In this document: positions 1 through 14,984 of the stretch, piece after piece
Numbering within the stretch: the first letter of the stretch is position 1
Layout of the letters: every line of letters starts with the position of its first letter
Origin: Camelus dromedarius
Lineage: Eukaryota
Direction: 5' to 3'
Length of the DNA: 64,000 nt
Assembly: GCF_036321535.1 (NCBI RefSeq)
Contig: NC_087440.1
Location: forward strand, 32,302,001-32,366,000
Position numbers and translations under genes: made by a program
The notes under the pieces: generated by a model
The model's database searches: none
Seen by the model: the letters and a program-made list of their open reading frames with translations, nothing else
Told to the model about the DNA's origin: nothing

Positions 1-143
1 GGAACCACCCCTCACTCCTAAATACTTCAGGATCCAGTGACAGCCTGAGCCCCGCCCACTCCTCCCAGCGTCTTCTGCCCCCCCACCCTGGTCTGACACA
101 GGAATGTGAATGATGGGTGTGCCAAATTTTGGGTTTGGCCCTA

Positions 144-2944
<2,801 letters not shown>

Positions 2945-3653
2945 TGTGCCTGGAAAGCGCAGGGAGGGTCTCATCACCTGTTCAGACCTCCTTTACCTAG
3001 GATGCACTAGTCAGCTAACTCAGAAACTCTCCATCCAGAGAGCTGATTCAGTCCCAGCCTGATGACCGCGATGATATGATCTTGACCCTGAGAGTCCCTC
3101 AGATCTATCCAGACACCTTTCCCAAAGACTCCTCTCAGACTCACCTGAGAAACTTCCACATTATAGAGAAGAGTCTTCCCCGCTTACCATCACTTCCACC
3201 AAACCAGATGCCCAATCAAGAAACCTGTTCAAGGACCCATCCCAGGAAACGAATGGACGCTCGTCACAGCCTCAAGATCTAGTAGCACAGATCATCCCGG
3301 GCCTGCTCCCTCCACCTGCTGGCTCCTCCGTCTAGAGGTCCAGAGCCAGCCACATCAAGGACCCATTTCTTAGCAGAGATCTCCCATCCAAGGCTCCTTG
3401 CAGAAGACAGGTGAGTAACATTGGTGACTTGGAGTCCTGGCATTCCCCACGTCGGGTCAAAGACCCAAGAGGAGCTGAGAGGAGGGGCGGGGTGCGGAGG
3501 TGCCAGGAGCCGGGCTTCAGGCTGTGGAGTCTCAGCGTTGGGGGCAGCCTCTCGGGCTGACAGACTAGAGCTGGCCCGCACCCCACCTTGCTGGGGCTGG
3601 GCCTCGGCGCGCGCGAGGCCCCCAGACCGCACCGCCCGGGCTCAGCACCTCAC

Positions 3654-3750
3654 CTGATAGAGGTGTTGGCGACGGCATCTCTGAGTCCCGCGGCCGGGGT
3701 GGAACAGGTCGGGACTGATGGGAACGGGACAGACACCGCCGCAAGAGTGG
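3654..3750 (-). other. TGM1: Probable non-coding exon 1 of TGM1 (5' boundary approximate)
   Basis: CAG|GTGAG donor at 3654, about 25-125 nt downstream of a CATAAA box; matching acceptor at 2949 just before the ATG. TGM1 is known to have a non-coding first exon. Confidence 0.7.
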
Positions 3751-3767
3751 AAGGTGTGGGGCGGGCC

Positions 3768-3960
3768 AGTAACTGGTTTATGAGGGGTAGGGCGGGGCCA
3801 AGCCATTGGTAAGAAGGGGGAAGCGAGGTTGCTCCATCTCCCTCTGAGGGAGGAGGCCCAACCTCTGGGGGCAGTGTCTAGAGGTAGGGGCAGGAAATGA
3901 GGCTGGGCTGCACCCCTCTTTCCCCTTTCGAGGAATGAGGAACCGATTGGAGGCGGGGTG
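3768..3960 (-). promoter_or_regulatory. TGM1: TGM1 core promoter: CATAAA box, GC boxes, CCAAT boxes
   Basis: tttatg at 3777-3782 (CATAAA on minus), GGGCGGGG near 3789-3797 and 3951-3960, attgg at 3804-3808 and 3946-3950. Confidence 0.7.
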
Positions 3961-5277
3961 GGGCCTGGGCTCCGGAGAGGGCGGGGTCAGGGTCGGGGGT
4001 CTGTCACAGCTGAAGCTGGAAGGCCTGAGGGACCCCAAACCATGCTGATCCCTCCCAGACTGGCCCGGGTGGAGAAGCTCCGAGGACAATGGGGCAGGCT
4101 GCCCCATCCGCCCACACCCCTATCCAGCAGACCCTCTGTTCCCAAGTTCAGGCTGCTTGCTTCTGTCTCATTGGCCCCGGTTGCCAGGCTCTGGTGCAGC
4201 CCAGGCCAGGTTCAGCCCTGTGAAACTGCCCATGGGCCTGGTTCTGGGACTTGTCCTGCCCAGGGAGGTCCTGGGAACCCAAGCTACAGACTGGTGACAT
4301 CAGCAGCCAGGCCCTCAGACTGGCTCCACCAGCCAGCCCCTGGCCTGCCGGCTCTTCCAGATCCTCCTACCCCACCACCCAGCTGTCCCTCATTCCTCTA
4401 GCTACTCCACAGTTCCCTGCATGAGTGAGCTGGCCCCCTGCTTCCTGTATCCCTCCAAGTTTGGGATTGGCCCGGGTGTGTGTGGGCAGGGATCAGAGTA
4501 GGAACAATCTCGTTTCCTACCTCCCACCTATGCTCTAATGCTCAGGTGGGAACTAAGACCACCTCCCCAGGCTGTAGAGTACCCGCTTCTCCGAGAGTCA
4601 GCTGGACTGCAGAGTTCTCCAACCTGCAATTCTTCCTGGGAATCCTGACCAATTGGCTCAGGGTACCAGCCCCGACTCCACCCTGACACTGGGAGAAACA
4701 CTGGGGAGGCCATCAAGAGAACCCCAAGGCAGAGGAGGTCAGGCATCTTCAGGAAGGCTGGGACCCTGTTCTTGGTGACTCTTCTCTCCATCCCACTGTT
4801 GTCCCAGCTCTGCCCATCAGCCACTGAAGAGAAGACAGTGAAAACAGGGTTGGCAAGAGGACACAAGGAAGCTGACTGGAAGAGAGGCTGAGTTTGGTGA
4901 TGCATCCAGCAGGAAGGTGCCTTGGGGAGTGGGGACAGAGGCTCCAGGACCTGGTAGGGAGCCCTCCACACCCTTGCTGACCCTTTCCAGTCCAGGTCTA
5001 AGCCCCAGACCCTTCCCCTACCTCCAACACACTCAGAAGATGCACTAGCGGAAATCAAAATCCCAGGCAGGTATGAGGCAGGTCAGCCAAAGGGTTTCAT
5101 CTAGGGACTGTTTGTGTATCACTATGGATACAGGAAGGGGCAGGGCCCTGAGAGTCTGTATGTGTGTGAGCACACGTGGGCCCAGGCAGATTCTGAAGAA
5201 AGCAGGAAAATGCCTTGTCACACTCTCTCCCTCTTGTCTCCATCAGTCTTTCAAATTTACCCCGACCCAGCCAGGTT

Positions 5278-5284
5278 TGACTCA
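5278..5284. promoter_or_regulatory. AP-1 site about 1.5 kb upstream of the TGM1 TSS (candidate distal enhancer)
   Basis: Exact TGACTCA; its distance from the inferred TSS matches the distal AP-1 element described for human TGM1. Confidence 0.55.
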
Positions 5285-5371
5285 GTGCTCTCACCCCTTC
5301 ACCCCTGAGCCACTCCCTTTTCCTCCCTCCAGGAGGCTTAAGTGCCTCAGGGCTTTCCAAGAAGGACAAGG

Positions 5372-5394
5372 GGTGTGTGTGTGTGTGTGTGTGT
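5372..5394. repeat. (GT)n microsatellite
   Basis: gtgtgtgtgtgtgtgtgtgt run. Confidence 0.9.
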
Positions 5395-6069
5395 CCGTCC
5401 CAGAAGCAAGAACGTGAGTCTGGAATCCCAGACTAAGGTGCAGAGACAGCTTTGGCCCCAGCACTCACGTCCAGCAACCTTGGGCGCGTCTCCACAGCCA
5501 TTTCCTCATCAGTACAATGGATCTAGTCATCTCAGCCCGGAAAGCTTGTGAGGATCAAGTGGGATTAAGTATTTTCAAGGGTTCTTTCACCAGAGGAGGT
5601 GATTCACGGGGGACTAATAATGTTGTTATAAGAGGGCAGAGTCAGGGCGCCCTGGCCTATTCCTCCTGGGAACAGCCTTCTCAGCTGTGGGGAAGGAGAG
5701 CCAGGGCAGAGAGGGCATCTGGAAGGGGTAGGGGTCACGGGAGAGACCTTTATGAGCCCTTCCAGTTGGACACGTTTATAGCTGCTCTGTAGCCCAGCTC
5801 CAACCAGAACCTGAACCCAACCTGATTCCAGCCTGAAACCTAGACTCAGCCAGCCCCAAACCAGAAGGTAGTCCCAAATCCAGTCCTTGTCCAGATTCTG
5901 CCCCAGACACTGAGGCTTTGGTTCTCCATGATAGGGAACAGCAGGATTAAGTATAAAATGAAAGTAGAGGGGGTCCAACACACCCTAACTCTCTCCCTTT
6001 CTTTTCCAGGTGGCAGTAGTAACAGTGGTGGCGGGAGCAGCTTAGCAGCCTTTGGGGGCCACTTCGTTG

Positions 6070-6075
6070 TTTATT
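6070..6075 (-). terminator. RABGGTA poly(A) signal AATAAA
   Basis: tttatt on plus, 43 nt past the stop codon. Confidence 0.8.
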
Positions 6076-6117
6076 CAGTTCCAATAAGTTAAAGGGCAAG
6101 GGTAGGGGCAGGGTGTC

Positions 6118-9100
6118 TTAGGTGAGGATGCTGCTAACTGAAGGCAGCAGCTCGGCCAGCTGCTCCGAGATGCCCGCTGCTTGGCACAGGGGGTTGCCCT
6201 GCAGGTTGAGGAGGACCAGCTTGGGGCAGGAGGCAAGAGGCTGGAGCACGGCAGGCTGCGGGAGGCCTTGGGCAGGAGTCAAGGAAAGCTCAGCGGGATC
6301 CCCCAGACCTGTCTGCTCCTGTACACCCATCACTGTTTTCCCTCAAGAACGGGGACTGGTGCCCGGCAGCCTGGTTGATGGGCACCTTGTCTGCTTCTCC
6401 GGAAGGTGTAAGGCTCTAGTCTGCAAACACTTGCCGCCGGGGCACCAGGCAGGAAGCACAGGAGGCCTGCTGGATGCAGTACCAGAAGGAGTAATGGAGA
6501 CTCTGGTCAAGGGGGAAGCTAGCCTTGGCTGCAGAGGCACCCATGACTCAACGGCCAAGGGTTGCCAAGTGGAAATTAGACCAAAGGGTGCTTTAACTTT
6601 CAGTTTTTAATAAGAATCAGAATTCTAAATTTTTTTAAAATATGAAACTTCCCGATTTAAAAAAACACGATGTGGTACTCAAGAACATCTGCAGGCTGCC
6701 GGTTTGTGAACTCTGGTTGAGGAAGTCATTTACTTCCATCCTGCAAAACTCTCCTAGCCCAAGTCAACGCTAGCCCCATATAGCCCCAGGCTCTCCTCTC
6801 TCTCGTCAGTTTAGCCAGCCAGAGCCCCCTCCCCCGCTGAGGAGCACACCCACCCTGCTGGCTGCCTGTCCCTTCCTGGTGTGGCACCTCGCTCTACCTG
6901 CTGTCTGAAAGGCCCCCAAAAGGAAGGATACGGTTATTGCACAAAAAGAGCTCCTGCAGCCGGGGCAGGTTAGTGACACCATCCAGGGACTCGATAGCGT
7001 TATCATTGGCCTGCAGCACCTGGGGATCAGGAAGGGTAGGGAAGACAGGACAGGGCATGCAGCTTGGAATTGGTACAAGCAACTGGGGAACCCAGCATGA
7101 TCAGCTTACAGTGTATGGAAGGGCTCCTGGGGTCAGGTGGGATGACAGAGGACAGGAAGGCAGGGGTCATCTGTTGGGGCTGAAAGGACCCAGACATCTC
7201 TTTGTAGGGTGAGTAGACTGCTGAGGTGGAGGAAGGGGAAAGGACCCCCCAGGGCACTGACAGAGGAGTGAGTGCGTTACCTCGAGGCAGCGCAGGGCTG
7301 CCAGGGCAGGGGGCAGGGCTTGGAGACGATTGTGCGACAGGTCGAGGTGAGTGACCAAGAGCAGCTGTTCCAGATGGCAGAGCATCGTCAGATCCTGAGG
7401 AGGCAGGAGGAGATACCCAGTGAGCCCTGGGAGAAAGTCCTCAGGCACTGCTTATCAGGCACTTGCCTGGCGTGCCCTACACAGGCCCTAGGGGACCCCA
7501 GCTGAGGAGAGGACGGAGCAGGTGGGAAGCTTACCTGACAACCCATGGCAGTACATGCTCTGACGGATGTGAGTGCTGGGGCTGGGGTGGCCCGTGGAGT
7601 GGAGGGAGTGGGGCAGGTACAGGGGATAAAGGAGGGCGCTGGGATAAACACAGACATGGGCAGGAGTGGGCCTGGTGAATCTGAGGGATCGGTTTGGTAG
7701 GAATAAAGGTGGGCAGCAGGGACATGATAAAACTAATGTGTTGGGAAGATTGATTGGGGAAGATTGATTCAAAAATCTCTGGAAAACTATTCAGGCTTTA
7801 GATGATGTGGCCAGCTCCAGGGAGAGAAGCAAGGGAATGAGTGGAGGAAGAAATGTTCAGCGGGGCACCTGAGACTGAAGGCAAAGCTGAGGACATGATG
7901 CGACCCTCGGCTGAAGCCCAGGGAGCAGATAGAAAGGCCACCCAGATCAAAAGAAAGAGGGAGGGTAAGCCAGTGGGGTGAGGGAAGGCGCATGCGCAGT
8001 CCCTACCTTGTGACCCAGGTGCAGCACGCGCACCTCCGCATACTCCATCTTGAGCACACTGTTCTCCAGCAGGAACTTGCTGCGCAGGTCATCCAAGTAC
8101 GCTGCCCGCATTGGGTCCACAGCCTGGCAGGGATTGGGCAGACAGGGAATGTGTGTCAGCTGCCCTCCGGGCCTCCCCCTTGCTGGCTCCCCCAGACCCT
8201 ACTTGCCTTGAGGGTCTGGAAGTACTGCAGTGTCTCCTTCTCATACAGCAGGGGGTCCAGCGCCCGCATCAGCAAGATGATGGTGAGCAGGCACCCTGAG
8301 GAGAGAGCGAGAAAAGGATGGACTCTCTTGGATCTTTTTCTGCTCCCATCCTCTGGAGACCCTTTCTGATCTCCCCAAGGGGACCGCCTAGGAAGGGGCC
8401 TCCTGAGAAAAGCAGGAGCTAGGGGATGGGCCTCACATTTATTCTCAGGCTCCAGCTCCTGCAGCTCCTTACAGGATTCAAGCTCGGACTGTAGCACTGT
8501 GGACTTCTCCACCGACAGGTCACACCTGAGGGGGGGCGGGGTGGGGGAGGGGATGATGCCCACAGTCCTAGGGTACTGGTCATCCCCAGTATCCAGTCTC
8601 AGACCACCTGCTCAAGCCCCCAGCCTCCCACCCCAGATGCCTGATGCCCAGAGTCCAGAGTCCCTCCCCCTGTCTGTAGGCTTCCATGTCATCGTCACCT
8701 GAAGAGCTGTTCATCTGTGGCCGAGTCCCGGCACCAGCACTCTTGGCGGCCTGAGAGAAAGAGTAGATGGTAGGAGGGGATGCCCATGAGAAGAACAGAG
8801 GGATGGGGGGCTGCTGCAAGGGGTGGAGGACGCAGGCTGTGTCACCTTTTAAGAGCACACACTCCTTCTGGGCATTGCCTGCTGTCCAAATGACACGAAA
8901 TGTGTGTTGGGGCAACTGGTCATTGAGGGAGGCAGCGGGCAGATCACAGAGCTGGAAGCATACGGTCAAGGAAATACCTGGCCTGCACCACTTTTCTGAC
9001 TCCCCACCTCAGCCCTGCCCCAGCCCCCACTTTGCCCCACCAATCCTGGGATACCCAGACATGGCTAGGCTGGTTCCTGCCATCTGGGGTCCTCCATTCT

Positions 9101-11396
9101 ACAGCCAGGGGTGACTCATCAACCATGAGCAGCAAGGTGTCTGTCCTGGAGCCCACCTGACAAAAGGGACAAAGGGAGACCCGTCACTCCAACAGCTCTG
9201 GGCCCACAGTCCATGATGCTCTCCAGCAAAAGCTGCAGGACTCACTAGGAGGGGCCGAGAGAAGGAGACAGTCAGACAGGCCTCGTCCCGGCTCACGTGC
9301 AGGCAGCGCAGGGCATCCTGGGGATCAGCTGGGGGGAGACACAGCCTCAGGTCTCCTTAAATAGTCTTCCATTCCTTCCAAGTCCTAATCACCCAGCCTC
9401 TTCCCCCAGTGCTCACCTCGTCCCAGGAGCCAGCGATGGTAGAACCAGGCACTCTGATCATTAGGGTCAGTGAAGAAGGCATTCTGCACCAGCTCCAGCT
9501 CTGCAGGGGACAAGGAGGCATGTGGCTGTGGTTAGGACCCTAGTGGGCTCCTGGCTGCCCCAACATCCCACCCTCTCCTCTGAGCACCTCCAGCCTTCAG
9601 TTTCACTTATGTACTGGCCTTGCACAGGGGCTGCATGTGTTAGTCTTATCTTCCCCATTGGACACTTGAGCTCTCCGCAGCCAGGGGCTGGATCTTATGC
9701 ACCCTCAGAGCCAAGTATGTACTTGATAAACCCAAGTAGCAGATTCAGGAACAGGGCTAGGCATCAAGGCTGCAGAGCCCTCCCCAGCACCCCCTGGCCC
9801 TGTTTACCTTTGAGCAGCACATCCTCAGGGAGGCGCCCCTGGGGTCCAGAGTCTGGCTGGGGGTGCAGCTGGGGCAAGAGGCAGGAGCGGTAATGCCAGG
9901 AGGAGTAGTTGGAGAAGTTTCGGGTGATGAGGCTGTCAGTGAAGGCGAGCTCCTCTGCAGGGGGCACAGCTGCCTGTGCAGCTACAAATCGCCGGTAGTC
10001 CCAGCAGTGGACTAGGAGGGTGGGGAACACCACATTTCAGAAGCAGGGCAAGAGCTCCCTAGCTAGTACCCCTGGAGTTCCCTTGGAGATCCCAAGAAAC
10101 ACCTCTGTGCACTCCATGGAGGATGCATTTGGCTCCACCATCCCTTCTGCCATCAGCTCAGTGGGCTGGTCCTAGCCATCCCGCCCCACTCTGGGCCCTA
10201 CTGACACCCTGTACCAGGGTGTGGGGCAGGTGAGTGTCGTAGGGACAGAATCTGCAGGCACGTACAGTTCCGTTCATCAACCTCGAGGAAGCGGGCACAT
10301 AGCTCCAGCTCCCGGGTCCAGTTGGGTTCTGGCAGGCGGCCCAGCAGCCAGCAGCGGTGGTGCCAAGTGCCGTAAGACTTGGGGTTCACCCTCAGACAGC
10401 TCTCCAGGAAGCCCAGTTCTGCCTTCACCAGAGCAGCCAACTCCTCGGGAGACCTGCACCCAGAGGGGAACGGGGGTCAGGGCCCTCCAACACCCAATCT
10501 CAGCTCACCCTGACTTTCTGCACCCAGCCCTCCACTATCCTCTGCCTATGCCCCTGGTTGCCTCATTCTTCCTCTACCCCTGGACCGAGGTAGGGCAGGG
10601 CCAGGGCCATCTTCCCTGGGCCCCTGAACCCCTACACACTTCTGGGCCTCCAGCCGCTGGAGCACCTCTCGTCGACAGTTCCAGAGGGTAGCAAAGTCAG
10701 GGTTGGCTCCCAGAATCTGGCTTGTCAGTTCCAGCACTGACTCATCCAGCTCTCCAGCCTGGCGCTGAGAAGACAGATAGCAGGGTCAAAGACCGTATCA
10801 TTCTCCCACTACAGGGATAAGTAAATCTGTGAATGCCATATTATAAAATAGATACTATACAAAGCACTTTACAGGTTTACATGTATTCTCACAATAGCCC
10901 TATACAGTAAGTGCAATTATTAGTCCCATTTTACAGATGGGCAAACTGAGGCCCAAAGAGATTCAGTAATTTGCCCAAGGACATGCAGCTAGTAAATAAT
11001 AGAACCCAGATACATATCCATACAGTCTGACTATAGTGCCCAGCTCTTGGCCTCAGTGCTACACTAAGGGGCCCACTGCAGGAAGGGGCTACCTCTGAGG
11101 GCCCCACCTTCCGGAAGACAGTCTGGGTGGCTGACTGGTATAGCTTCAGCTTCTGTTCCCGCTCTAGCCTCTTGGCTTCCGCTTGCTCTTCCGATGTCTT
11201 CACCTTCAGGCGTCCGTGCTACAGGGATGGGCGGGTTGGAAGAGTGCAGGCTGCTTTGAAGCGGCAGACACACCGAACCCCGACTGAGGAGCCCCAGGTT
11301 GACATCGGGCAATGAAGGCAAAGCCACGCGGGGAAAGAGCAAGGACATGAGCATGGGCATGCGGAGGTGAGGGGCTAGGTTCAGGGTTCTCACCAT
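6118..11396 (-). CDS. RABGGTA: Rab geranylgeranyltransferase alpha subunit (PPTA repeats, Ig-like domain, LRR), complete, 567 aa
   Basis: Coding exons (minus): 11394-11396 (ATG only), 11108-11218, 10640-10764, 10266-10453, 9808-10011, 9417-9500, 9246-9328, 9055-9156, 8846-8951, 8699-8750, 8437-8525, 8207-8295, 8007-8123, 7281-7394, 6932-7019, 6118-6266. Sum is 1704 nt = 567 aa + TAA; [19 protein letters not shown]...LPSVSSILT. Confidence 0.98.
6590..6718. mobile_element. Degraded hAT DNA transposon fragment (MER45/MER58-like)
   Basis: AT-rich body ending in 'catctgcaggctgccggtttgtgaactctg', resembling hAT MITE termini. Confidence 0.4.
10855..11050. mobile_element. MIR SINE in a RABGGTA intron
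   Basis: MIR core 'cccattttacagatgggcaaactgaggcccaaagagattcagtaatttgcccaagg'. Confidence 0.85.
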
Positions 11397-11499
11397 GGTG
11401 CTGGCTCAGGTTCAGGGCAGGGGAGGGGTCCAGTGGCGCCCGTGAAACCTGGGGAAAGAAGTGTCAATCATGGGAGCCCCGCCTCTGGTAGCACCGCCC

Positions 11500-12010
11500 G
11501 CAGCTGTTCCCAGGAAGCCGCAAGCGAGCTAGGGCGGAGACCCCTGGGGTGTTAAGGGGTCCTGGGATAGGCACTGCACGTCCAGAAGGCACCCACCCGG
11601 ACTGGAAACTTGCACCCGTGCGGGCCCGCCCACAGCCCGTTCCGCCGGGGCCAGACCCGAGCCGGGGCACTTAGGTGACGGGGACCACTCGCCGCCCAGG
11701 GGCTGCCGCTGCCCTCCCGCCCCGCGGCTCCCAAGCACTGCCGCCCCCCGCGAGCGGACCCACCTGTGCTGGGAGGAGGCGTGCGGGACGCGAAGCTGCG
11801 GCGCCCACCACCGAGCCCGGGCGCTGACTAGAGCGGCGTCACGCCCTGGCTCTCCGAGACTCAGCGCCCTCTGCAGGCCTAGGGAAAGGCCCACGGCGGA
11901 GCCGGTGGGCTCCGGAGGCGCGTGCGCGGGGTCTCTGCGCGCGCCGTCCGGAAACGCCAAGTCCCTGTTAGCTCTCCGGTGCGGTGCGTAAGAGTGCGCA
12001 CGCGCGACTA
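11500..12010 (-). promoter_or_regulatory. RABGGTA: CpG island / TATA-less RABGGTA promoter with a probable non-coding first exon
   Basis: Dense CpG; NRF1-like GCGCGTGCGC (~11918) and GTGCGCACGCGC (~11994); ETS CCGGAA (~11948); candidate donor CAG|GTG at 11764 and acceptor at 11448. Confidence 0.7.
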
Positions 12011-12149
12011 TGGTGCTCCAGGAAAGCAACGCGGACTGAAATTCCAGTCAGCTACTCAAACTGCGATTCAGTTGAAAAGTTTTCTCCAACAGCCAGAAAC
12101 CCACGCCCTCACCGCTCCAGTGACCTCACTGTGGCCGCAGTGGCCACCT

Positions 12150-13420
12150 CTCAGTTGCCAAATGTAACGGATGGAATTTCCTGTCCTTATCTTCATTGAC
12201 CTCTGCAGCATTTGATGCAGCTGACTTCCCTTGACTTGATACCCTGTCCTGGCTTCTCCTCCCGCACCTTTGCCCCTCTCTTCTTGTCTGTTCACCTTCT
12301 CCTCCCCTAAATGTTGGTGATCACCAGCGTCCTTTCCTCACTTTTTCCCACTGCACACATTGCTCCTGGAGAATGTTCACATATCCAGGTGTTCAACTGC
12401 TTGGCGTAGGAGCTCCCAGAACTCTGTCCTGGGCTCACCGACCTTCCGGCCCACACTTTCTCTCGGTGACTTCATCCACACTCATGGTTTTAATTGCTGC
12501 CTCTAAGCTGATGACACTCAAACTTGTATCTCCAGCCCAGATGTCTTGCAGACTTTAATAATGGAAAAAAATGTATACACACACGTTCACAAGCCTAATA
12601 GGTATCACCTGGGTGCCCCAGAGACACCTCAGACTCTAAAAGTCAAAAGGTATCATTGTCTTGCCTCCTCCCAGTCTAAGCTTTAGGCTTTTATGCTTCC
12701 TATTTGAATGGGTGGCCTCCCCACTTTTCCTTAATAGCTCTTAAATACCCTCTCCATTCCCACTGCACTAAGAATTTCAATTTATTCCCGTGATTGTTGA
12801 AAGTCTTTTCAATGTTCCTGTCTCCAACTTGTCTCCTCTTTCATTGGTTCATGTCTCTGCTGCTGAATCAATCTTTCTGAAATGCAGATTTGATGATATA
12901 TCTCTGCCAAAAACCCTTGCGTAGTTCCCGACAGCTTTTTAGGTAAGACTTTTAATCTTTCAGGTTAGCCCATCAGGACTTTTGGCACATGGGCCCTGCC
13001 TACCCCTCTGGCCTCTTTTCCTGCCTGTCCCCATTAAAAACTCTTCATTACAACTGGTACAGCATTCGCAGTTTCCCGAGCATGTTAACCTGTTCTCTCT
13101 TCTTTACTCTCCTTCCTCCACACTCTCTCCTTTGCCAGAGTAACTCCTGTTCATCTTTAAAATTTAACTCCAGTGTCACCTCCAGGAAGCTCTCCCAAAT
13201 GCCTCAGTCTGATTTAAAAGACCTTCGTATGTGCTGTCAATGATAAAACATCTTCCCCTGTGCCTACTGTAAGTCTTGGTTTGTATGCCAGCATCTCCTA
13301 GGAGAGTCGAAGTTCCTGGAGGACAGGAACTTTAAAAAATTCTTTTTGGTGCTGCTTCTCCAATACCTGGCCCTGGTTCTTAGTAGTTATTGGGTAGTTA
13401 TTTAAATGAATGAATAAAAC
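12150..13420 (+). mobile_element. Ancient L2 LINE fragments
   Basis: Pyrimidine-rich L2 body ('cttcattgacctctgcagcatttgatgcagctgac') and the 3' end 'ttatttaaatgaatgaataaa'. Confidence 0.7.
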
Positions 13421-13869
13421 ACCACATAGTGAGGGCTGGCTTGGCTGGGCCTAATGGTGAGTGCTGTTGGCATTCAGGGATGGGAGAGATTGTGAGGCTT
13501 GGACCAGTTTAGGAAGGTTTCCTGATGGAGCCTTCATGGGTTCAAAGTGGCCACTGAATGTGTATGTGTGAGTGAGTGTCTGCAATGTATTTGTGAGAAG
13601 TGTGTGTCCATGTGGCAAGTGTATGTTTAATACACACATCTAGGTAAGAAAAGATGGCTTTAAACTCTTTATATTTCTTCCATAGCTTTATCAGGCTGGA
13701 AATATGTGTAAAGTGCCCACTCTGTATTCTATCCTTTCCTAGGCTCTGTAACAAGTTACAGGGAAAAAGAGACTCTTGTCCTGGCCATCGGTACTCGCAG
13801 TCCCAGTGAGGAAAGAGCCACACTGGTTGATGGTTATCTTTGTTCCAGGCACTGTGTCAAGAGCTTTGC

Positions 13870-14400
13870 ACACACACAGGATTACGCGTGGGAGTCAGTA
13901 AGCAGACTGGTTACAAACATGGACTCTGCGGTCTGACTGCCTGGGTGGCAATCCTGACTTTGCCATTTATTAGCTGTGTGCCCTGGGGCAAAGTACCTAA
14001 CCTTTGTGTTGAGTTTCTTCTGTATCTCAATTTCTTCAACAATAGCATAGGAAAAATAATGTTACCTACCTGCTATGGTTGAAGTGAAGATTCAGTTTAA
14101 AAATCTACATGGGGGGAGGGATATAGCTCAGTGGTAGAGCGCATGCTTAGCATGCATGAGGTCCTGAGTTCAATCCCCAGTACCTCCAATTAAAAAAAAA
14201 TTAAAACTTTTTTTAAAAGAAAAAAAATCTATGTGAAGTGCTTAGGACACAGCCTGCACTGAATAAGTGCTCAGTAAATAGTAATAGTGGTAATTTTTTA
14301 ATTTTCATGACAAATATGCCAGGAAATGGAGGCTCAGAAAGGCTAAGTAACTTGGTAAGCACCACCCATGTAGTAAGTGGCCAAAACGGACATGTGTGTG
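13870..14400. mobile_element. MIR fragments flanking a younger SINE insertion
   Basis: 'tgtgtgccctggggcaaagtacctaacctttgtg' and 'ggaggctcagaaaggctaagtaacttggtaag' are MIR motifs. Confidence 0.7.
14111..14227 (+). mobile_element. tRNA-Ala(AGC)-derived camelid-type SINE (Vic-1-like), short form
   Basis: A box TAGCTCAGTGG 14124-14134, B box GAGTTCAATCC 14166-14176, A-rich tail, aaaaatcta direct repeats on both flanks. Confidence 0.9.
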
Positions 14401-14984
14401 ATCTGGTCCAGCCCTCCCCCCACCTCATCAACTGCTTTGTTTTTGGTTACCATCTGCTCTTGCTTCCTGCTCTATAACCACTCACATGAACACCCAGATT
14501 CCTGGGAACACAGGTGCCCACAGGTGCAGATTTGCCAGGTACAGTCTTACATCACAATCAACAAGGGTGGAGGAAAGGGGGTGGAGGAAGGCTGAAGTTG
14601 GCATGACATATTTTCTAGTGATTAACAATCTTGAAACTGGGAAGTCTGAGTCAAGCAGGTTTAAGAGAGAAAGTGAGTCTCAAGTCTGCTTCCAAGAGGG
14701 CGGGGCCTGGTTTTGGAAGGAGGGCAGGAAGGGCATTTCAGATGTGTGCTGTGACAGGAAGGTGGGGGAGAGAAAGCCAAACAGACTTAGCTGGCTGGCA
14801 GACAGAAACTGAACCAGGTGCCTTTGGAGATAAGGGCAGTGGAGCCAGTGACAGCCCTCTTGCTTTAAGGCAAAAGGAGCTGTCAGGAGTTATTTTTGGC
14901 CTCCTGTGTGGGGTAAGTGGGATCCGTACAGGTGTCTGAGGGCCACAATCTGAATTATGTTTGAGGAAGAGATTTTACTGCCTT

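Noticed and set aside
4528-5058. 176-aa minus-strand ORF upstream of TGM1
   Set aside because: No recognisable domain or splice context; expected by chance in GC-rich DNA.
11064-11396. 110-aa ORF starting at the RABGGTA ATG (MVRTLNL...)
   Set aside because: Read-through into the intron; a GT donor follows the ATG directly and splicing restores the known protein.
14111-14188. Functional tRNA-Ala(AGC) gene
   Set aside because: The acceptor stem pairs poorly; it has an A-rich tail, flanking direct repeats and four diverged sister copies in the window, so it is a SINE.
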